From an uncultured Gemmatimonadales bacterium (GTDB lineage Bacteria > Actinomycetota > Acidimicrobiia > Spongiisociales > UBA5794), in contig CAXMRC010000037.1 of assembly GCA_964195945.1 (NCBI GenBank), forward strand, positions 3,217 through 67,216: a stretch of DNA of 64,000 bases, written 5' to 3'. A model generated the notes under the pieces. It was not told where the DNA came from. It ran no database searches and saw nothing but the letters and a program-made list of their open reading frames with translations. Each line of letters starts with the position of its first letter. The first letter of the stretch is position 1. The position numbers were made by a program, and so were the translations under genes. Shown here in pieces: positions 58,179-64,000 of the stretch.

Positions 58179-59672
58179 GTGCAACGAGTGAACGACATGT
58201 TCGCAGACGACATACTCGATCGCCCCCGTGAGGCGTGCGGTGTATTCGGCATATACGCGCCAAACACCGACGTGGCCCGCGTCTCTTTCTTCGCCCTCTA
58301 TGCCCTCCAGCACCGCGGCCAGGAGAGCGCCGGAATCGCAACGAGCGACGGCGTTTCTGCAGCCGTCCACAAAGATATGGGTCTTGTCGCCCAGGTGTTC
58401 ACCGAAGACAACCTGGCCCGTCTCGAAGGGCACCTCGCCATCGGACAAACTCGCTACTCGACCACCGGGTCATCCCACCTGCGGAATGCGCAGCCATACC
58501 TAATCGAGACGATGCATGGACCACTCGGAGTGGGACACAACGGCAACCTGACCAACGCCCCGCAACTCCGCAACAGGTTGCTGAAACGAGGTGTCGGCCT
58601 TTCCTCCTCGAGTGACAGCGAAGTAATCACACAGATGCTGGCTGCGCCGGCGCCGGATACAACGGATGCGAGCCCTGACTGGGAGTCACGGATTACCCAA
58701 TTCATCGCCGAGGCCGAAGGAGCGTACTCCCTCGTTGTGCTGACGCGGAACGCCGTATTCGGTGTTCGCGACCCCAAAGGGTTCCGCCCTCTCTGCATCG
58801 GGAAACTGGCCGACGGTGGCTACGTACTTGCTTCTGAGTCGTGTGCGCTTGGTACCGTCTCCGCCAGCTACGTGCGGGAGGTAGAGCCGGGAGAGATCGT
58901 CAGACTCGACCAGGACGGCTTGCACAGCATCTCGAGCCAGAACCGACAACCATCCTCACTTTGCGTCTTTGAGTACGTCTATTTCTCGCGACCCGATTCG
59001 GTTCTGGAGAACCAGACAATTCACCGGGTACGACAGCGGCTCGGGGAAGTCCTCGCCGCCGAAGCTCCCGCCCACGCTGATGTCGTCGTTGGGGTTCCAG
59101 ACTCCGCGACGCCTGCCGCCATCGGGTATGCCACCGCGTCTGGCATTCCCTATACCGAGGGGCTCATCAAGAACCGCTACATCGGACGCACCTTTATCGA
59201 ACCCGACGATCAGCTTCGCCGATCCGGCGTCCATCTCAAGTACAACCCGCTCGACGCCAATCTTGCAGGCAAGCGGGTCGTTCTTATCGATGATTCGATC
59301 GTGCGTGGTACAACAGCCGGACCGCTGGTGACTCTCCTCCGCGAGGGAGGTGCGGCCGAAGTCCATGTTCGTGTTTCTTCTCCCCCGGTTCGCCATCCAT
59401 GCTTCATGGGGATCGACATGGCAGCCAGCAAAGACCTGATCGGCTTCGTCAAAACAACAGAAGAAATCAGAGAGCACATCGGTGCTGATAGCCTCGCCTA
59501 TCTATCGCAAGAGGGAATGATGAGTGCTGTGACACAAGAGGCTGCCGCAGGGTCCGGCCATTGCAACGCTTGTTTCTCCGGCGAATACCCAATCAAGCTC
59601 GACAAGTTTTGGAAAGACCGTGACAAGCTCGCCTTCCATGGTGCTTGGTCCGAAGGTGGAGGAGACCAATGA
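58179..59672 (+). CDS. purF: Amidophosphoribosyltransferase
   Basis: EACGVFG, LQHRGQE, RYST, HNGN, FEYVYF, DDSIVRG, CNAC. Confidence 0.97.
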   Translation: MQRVNDMFADDILDRPREACGVFGIYAPNTDVARVSFFALYALQHRGQESAGIATSDGVSAAVHKDMGLVAQVFTEDNLARLEGHLAIGQTRYSTTGSSHLRNAQPYLIETMHGPLGVGHNGNLTNAPQLRNRLLKRGVGLSSSSDSEVITQMLAAPAPDTTDASPDWESRITQFIAEAEGAYSLVVLTRNAVFGVRDPKGFRPLCIGKLADGGYVLASESCALGTVSASYVREVEPGEIVRLDQDGLHSISSQNRQPSSLCVFEYVYFSRPDSVLENQTIHRVRQRLGEVLAAEAPAHADVVVGVPDSATPAAIGYATASGIPYTEGLIKNRYIGRTFIEPDDQLRRSGVHLKYNPLDANLAGKRVVLIDDSIVRGTTAGPLVTLLREGGAAEVHVRVSSPPVRHPCFMGIDMAASKDLIGFVKTTEEIREHIGADSLAYLSQEGMMSAVTQEAAAGSGHCNACFSGEYPIKLDKFWKDRDKLAFHGAWSEGGGDQ

Positions 59673-61996
59673 CAGCCAACGTTCTCCTTATCGGGAGTGG
59701 TGGCCGCGAGCACGCCCTGGCGTGGAAACTCGCCGAGTCACCACACGTCGCAAATGTCTTTGTTGCACCGGGCAACGGTGGGACAGCCGGGGCGGGCGGC
59801 AAGATCAAAAACATAGCAATCGCCGAATCCGCCTTCGATGATCTGATCGAATTTGCGGGAGACAACGATATTGAGCTGACGGTGGTGGGGCCGGAAGCCC
59901 CCCTTGTCGACGGGATCGTCGACTGCTTTGAACGCGCCGGGTTGCGCTGTTTTGGCCCGGTGGCAGGAGCCGCCCGTCTCGAAGGCTCGAAGCGATTCTC
60001 CAAAGAGCTCATGGATAGGGCCCGGATACCGACAGCCGCGTACCAAACCTTCACCGACCACGGTGAAGCAATCGACTACTTCAGGTCCACCGATGGCCGC
60101 GTCGTGATCAAGGCATCGGGCCTTGCTGCCGGCAAAGGCGTGATCGTCCCCAACTCCAACTCCGAAGCGGAGCAGGCGCTAAACCGGATCATGATCGAGC
60201 ACGAGTTTGGAGATGCAGGATCAGAGGTTGTCATCGAAGAACGCTTGTTCGGTCAGGAGGTATCGATCCTGGCGTTTTGTGACGGGACCACGATCGTCCC
60301 GATGCCACCTGCGCAGGATCACAAACCGCTTCTGGATAGCGACAAGGGCCCAAATACGGGAGGGATGGGGGCCTATGCCCCGACCCCGTTGATTGACGCG
60401 GCCATGATGGGCGAGTTCGTAACAGGGGTGATGGAGCCAGTTATCCGTGCCCTCGCTCTCGACGGCTATCCCTATGTCGGCATCCTCTACGCGGGACTCA
60501 TGCTCACCGACGACGGCCACAAGGTGCTCGAGTTCAATTGTCGGTTTGGCGATCCCGAGACCCAGGTTGTGCTGCCACTGCTCACGAGCGATCTCTATGA
60601 GGTTCTCAATGCGTGTATTGATGGCACACTGGGCAACATCGACGTCGGCTGGAGTGACGAGGTCGCGGCGACGGTGGTGGCGGCAGCCGAGGGATACCCA
60701 GGCCCCTCTACACCGGGACGGCGCATTACAGGTCTCGACGACGCAGCCGGCGTTCCAGGGGTGACGGTATTCCATGCGGGCACTGCCCTCGATGGCGAGT
60801 TTGTCACCGCGGGCGGTCGAGTTGTCGCCGTAACCGGTGTCCAGCCCAACCTGCCGATGGCTTTGGCGTGCGCCTATCACGGCATCGAGCACATCGAATT
60901 CGAGGGGATGCAGTATCGCAACGATATCGGGGCACGAATCGGGGAGCTACCTGAGGCGGCGGGTCGCCAGAGCCTGCTCCCCCGCAGCGCAACCTACGCA
61001 GATGCCGGTGTCGACATAGCGGCAGGATCACGCGCAGTCGCGATGATGAAACGCGATGTCTTGTCGACCTACGGACCCGAGGTCATTGCCGGGATCGGAT
61101 CGTTTGGGGGCATGTTCGATGCGTCCGGACTTGGTGCGGACGCGGTCCTCGTTGCGTCGACTGACGGAGTGGGAACAAAGACCAAGATCGCCACCCAGCT
61201 GCAGCGGTTCGACACCATCGGACACGACATCGTCAACCACTGCGTTAACGACATCCTGGTGCAGGGCGCTCGGCCTCTCTTCTTCCTCGACTACGTGGCG
61301 ACCAGCCATCTCGATCCGCGGATAGCGGCCACTGTGGTTGGAGGGATGGCCGCGGCTTGTCGTGAGGCTGGTTGCGCCTTGCTCGGCGGAGAGACGGCCG
61401 AGATGCCAGGGGTCTATGAGGAAGACGAACTCGACGTCGTCGGAACGATGATTGGTGTGGTTAGCCGGAGCCAGATCATCGACCACCGTCGGGTCGAGGT
61501 GGGAGACGCAGTCATCGGTATCCGATCGTCCGGGCTGCACACGAACGGATTCTCGCTGGCACGCAAGGTATTCGAGCTTTGGGACCTTGCAGACAGGATC
61601 GCCGCTCTGGGCGGCTCGCTCGGCAGCGCCTTGCTCGAACCACACCGCAGCTACCTCCCGCACATCATGGCCCTCCGCGATGCGGGCATCGATATCCACG
61701 CACTCGTGCATATAACTGGGGGCGGTCTTATCGAGAATCCAGCTCGAGTTCTGCCAGAAAAGACGGCATTACGTATCAACCGATCTTCGTGGGCAATCCC
61801 GCCCCTGTTCGCTCTCATCCGATCTCAGGGCAACATCATCGAACGAGAAATGTTCACGGCGTTCAACATGGGCGTCGGCATGCTGGTTGTACTTCCTGCG
61901 GCCGCGGCGACTGATGCGCTCTTGAAGCTCGGCTCCGAGGCATGGCTGATCGGTGAGATCATCCCGCGCCGCGACGAACCTGTTGAGCTGGCGTGA
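59669..61996 (+). CDS. purD-purM: Bifunctional GAR synthetase-AIR synthetase (PurD-PurM fusion)
   Basis: GSGGREHA...LEGSK...KASGLAAGKG...EFNCRFGDPE...YRNDIG, short linker, then TYADAGVDI...TDGVGTK...GGETAEMP...SSGLHTNG...FNMGVG in one frame. Confidence 0.96.
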   Translation: MTANVLLIGSGGREHALAWKLAESPHVANVFVAPGNGGTAGAGGKIKNIAIAESAFDDLIEFAGDNDIELTVVGPEAPLVDGIVDCFERAGLRCFGPVAGAARLEGSKRFSKELMDRARIPTAAYQTFTDHGEAIDYFRSTDGRVVIKASGLAAGKGVIVPNSNSEAEQALNRIMIEHEFGDAGSEVVIEERLFGQEVSILAFCDGTTIVPMPPAQDHKPLLDSDKGPNTGGMGAYAPTPLIDAAMMGEFVTGVMEPVIRALALDGYPYVGILYAGLMLTDDGHKVLEFNCRFGDPETQVVLPLLTSDLYEVLNACIDGTLGNIDVGWSDEVAATVVAAAEGYPGPSTPGRRITGLDDAAGVPGVTVFHAGTALDGEFVTAGGRVVAVTGVQPNLPMALACAYHGIEHIEFEGMQYRNDIGARIGELPEAAGRQSLLPRSATYADAGVDIAAGSRAVAMMKRDVLSTYGPEVIAGIGSFGGMFDASGLGADAVLVASTDGVGTKTKIATQLQRFDTIGHDIVNHCVNDILVQGARPLFFLDYVATSHLDPRIAATVVGGMAAACREAGCALLGGETAEMPGVYEEDELDVVGTMIGVVSRSQIIDHRRVEVGDAVIGIRSSGLHTNGFSLARKVFELWDLADRIAALGGSLGSALLEPHRSYLPHIMALRDAGIDIHALVHITGGGLIENPARVLPEKTALRINRSSWAIPPLFALIRSQGNIIEREMFTAFNMGVGMLVVLPAAAATDALLKLGSEAWLIGEIIPRRDEPVELA

Positions 61997-62577
61997 ACCG
62001 TGTTGCCGTCCTGATATCAGGCAAAGGCACCAACCTTCAGGCTCTGATTGATAGCACCGCCTCAGGCGACCTGGATGCCGAAATCTGCGTGGTGGTGTCG
62101 AGTAGTCCTGATGCGTACGGGCTCGTCAGGGCAGAGCGGGCAAACATCCCCGTTGCGGTCATCACCCCAGATGGGTTCGGCGGTGATCGCGACTCATTCG
62201 ACGCTGAGCTTGCCGCCGTCGTCGCCTCCTACCACCCAAACCTTGTCGTCCTGGCCGGCTGGATGTTGATCCTCGGTGCGAATTTCCTCGATCGCTTCTC
62301 GAACCGGGTGATCAACCTGCACCCGGCGATGCCAGGGTCCTTCCCAGGTACCAAGGCAATTGAGCGAGCTCATGCAGCCTTCCATCGCGGTGAGATCAAG
62401 CGCACCGGTGTGATGGTGCACCAGGTCATCGCCGAAGTCGATGCTGGTCCGGTTGTAGTGATGGAGCCGGTACCCATATTCCGTGGCGAATCCGTAGAAG
62501 ATCTCGAAGAGCGCGTTCACCTGGTTGAGCACAACCTGATAATTGCGGCAGTCGATCTGTTGCTAGGCGATGCCTAG
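61993..62577 (+). CDS. purN: GAR transformylase
   Basis: SGKGTNLQA, LAGWM, INLHP, GVMVH, DAGP; GTGA overlap with purD-purM. Confidence 0.96.
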   Translation: MNRVAVLISGKGTNLQALIDSTASGDLDAEICVVVSSSPDAYGLVRAERANIPVAVITPDGFGGDRDSFDAELAAVVASYHPNLVVLAGWMLILGANFLDRFSNRVINLHPAMPGSFPGTKAIERAHAAFHRGEIKRTGVMVHQVIAEVDAGPVVVMEPVPIFRGESVEDLEERVHLVEHNLIIAAVDLLLGDA

Positions 62578-64000
62578 AGCGGTTTCCGCCGCCTCCAGGT
62601 GCTGCCCCCCGCGCAGAACCGGAGCGAACAGATCACCGTATTGGCGGAGCCGGGGCCAGATGGTTGCGATAGTGAAGTCGTCTGGCCTGACCTGGCCGAT
62701 CTCATCCCACAGGATTGGGGTCGATACTGGAGCCCCGGGACGGGGCCGGACCGAGTAGACCGAGGCGATGGTTTTCCCGCCAACGTTTTGATTGTGATCG
62801 ATGAAGACCTTTGCTCCCCTTTTGGCGATGTCCCACGTCATCGTCACTGTCTCGGGATCAGCGGCAACAACCAATTGTCCGACTGTCTCGACAAAACGGC
62901 GCACTCTGACGTACTCGTAGATCGGTTCGACAGGGACATAGATATGGATTCCGGTTGCCCCGCTCGTCTTTGCATAGGAGTCGAGACCGAGCCTGTCGAG
63001 GATGACTTTGATCAGACCCGCGGTGTAGGTGACCTGCTCCCACGTCACTCCTTTTTGTGGATCGAGATCGAAGACAGCGAAGTCCGCGTATTGGTGACGC
63101 TCGGCACGGCTCAGCCACGGGTGCATCTCGATACACGCCATGTTGGCGACCCAGATCAACGACTCGACATCTGGTGCCGTGCAAAACTCGATCGTCGCAC
63201 CGCCGGGTGCGTCGCCTCGATGGCTCGAGTGAATCGGTGCTCTAACCAGCCAGTCGGGTGCGTGCGACGGACATTGCTTCTCGTAGAAGAACTCGCCCGC
63301 GGAACCGTCGGGGTATCTCGCCATCGACAACGCCCGGCCGGCCACGTGGGGAAGTAGGAGGGGGGCTATCGATGCGTAGTACTGGATCAAGTCGCCCTTG
63401 GTGTAGTCATCACCAAAGAAGGGCTTGGCCGGGTTTGAGATGCGGACGGCACGATCGAGTCCGGTGGTTCGGAAGCCGTCTCCTTCGGGCGCAATGTCGA
63501 CCGGGTCCGGGAATTCGATGGCGGCCGTGGCCAGTCGATCCACCGGGCCTGAACTTTTTTGGATCACGGATGCCGCACCGGCACGGAGATCAGCCTCGAT
63601 CAGGTCGTGGCTCTCTTGTTCCCTTGCCTCGGAGATCACGACCATGCGCAGCCCGGCCGCGGCGGCGGCCTCCCCCAGGAGGTTGGAGCGGAGCGAGCCT
63701 TTACCGTACGGGAGATGGCGGATTTCTCCATGGATACCAAATTCGTTGTCGGTGAACTGAGTATGAAGCGGGTCGATAGCCCAACCGGGAAACTCGTTAC
63801 GGAGAAAGGCGATAACAGAGAGGAACGCCTCACGGGTGGTTAGGCCACCACCGGACTTAGCGTGGACGTGAGCCCAGTCGATTACCGGCCGGACGAACGA
63901 GAACTGCTTTGCGATGATTGCGATGTCACCGAGTGAGCCGAAGGCACGATCGCTACCTGCCGTCTCGAGACCCAGTGCGACACCAAGGTGACGAACCTTT
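62563..64000 (-). CDS. Fusion of an endonuclease IV-like TIM-barrel domain and a LigD/Prim-PolC-type primase-polymerase; 5' end beyond the window
   Basis: My translation of 63999-63646 has no stop: KVRHLGVALGLETAGSDRAFGSLGD...RPVIDWAHVHAKSGG...LHTQFTDNEFGIHGEIRHLPYG, continuing into the tracked ORF (VISEAR...TKGDLIQYY...RYPDG...FDLDP...KTSGATGIH...FIDHNQN...YSVRP). Confidence 0.88.
   Translation of the reverse strand, partial: KVRHLGVALGLETAGSDRAFGSLGDIAIIAKQFSFVRPVIDWAHVHAKSGGGLTTREAFLSVIAFLRNEFPGWAIDPLHTQFTDNEFGIHGEIRHLPYGKGSLRSNLLGEAAAAAGLRMVVISEAREQESHDLIEADLRAGAASVIQKSSGPVDRLATAAIEFPDPVDIAPEGDGFRTTGLDRAVRISNPAKPFFGDDYTKGDLIQYYASIAPLLLPHVAGRALSMARYPDGSAGEFFYEKQCPSHAPDWLVRAPIHSSHRGDAPGGATIEFCTAPDVESLIWVANMACIEMHPWLSRAERHQYADFAVFDLDPQKGVTWEQVTYTAGLIKVILDRLGLDSYAKTSGATGIHIYVPVEPIYEYVRVRRFVETVGQLVVAADPETVTMTWDIAKRGAKVFIDHNQNVGGKTIASVYSVRPRPGAPVSTPILWDEIGQVRPDDFTIATIWPRLRQYGDLFAPVLRGGQHLEAAETALGIA

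Noticed and set aside
1-64000. CRISPR arrays, tRNA/rRNA (including tRNA-Sec near selD), tmRNA, RNase P RNA, transposases or integrases
   Set aside because: By eye I saw no spaced direct repeats, no intergenic T-arm/CCA pattern and no recombinase motifs; a tool scan could still find weak cases.

Overview
A 64 kb, high-GC (roughly 60-63% by eye) chromosomal window, most likely from an actinobacterium such as an Acidimicrobiia-like lineage. That call is inferred from gene content: clpS-DUF2017, a DivIVA-domain protein, an XRE plus HBHA/MLDS-like pair, and many leaderless TANNNT-6/7nt-start promoters. It is densely coding housekeeping and metabolic DNA: menH-like, UvrD-HRDC helicase, selD, mgtE, nadE, GCS2 ligase, metH-metF-like under a SAM-I riboswitch, P450, tyrA/aroF, a lipid-storage-like module, clpS, SRAP, a glycogen cluster (malQ, glgP, glgX, glgA, glgC, glgB), an ABC exporter, a 5'-3' exonuclease, ALDH, rhodanese and a pur operon. 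I found no CRISPR array, tRNA/rRNA or transposase. Items the ORF track misses or under-calls: (1) the last gene is open to the window edge and encodes an archaeal-type endonuclease IV-like TIM barrel fused in frame to a LigD/Prim-PolC-type primase-polymerase; (2) selD is a selenoprotein with an in-frame UGA and a SECIS-like hairpin; (3) a SAM-I riboswitch lacking P4; (4) a promoter, two hairpins with C-rich loops and a U-tract upstream of mgtE; (5) a pur operon with class II PurE next to PurC and a PurD-PurM fusion coupled to PurN, echoing eukaryotic PAICS/GART; (6) an acyltransferase with Rho-N-like and Zn-finger-like domains beside an MLDSR/MLDS-like pair with a palindromic operator; (7) malQ lacks a canonical start codon; (8) a frameshifted methyltransferase relic. 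All family calls come from motif recognition by eye; no database searches were run.
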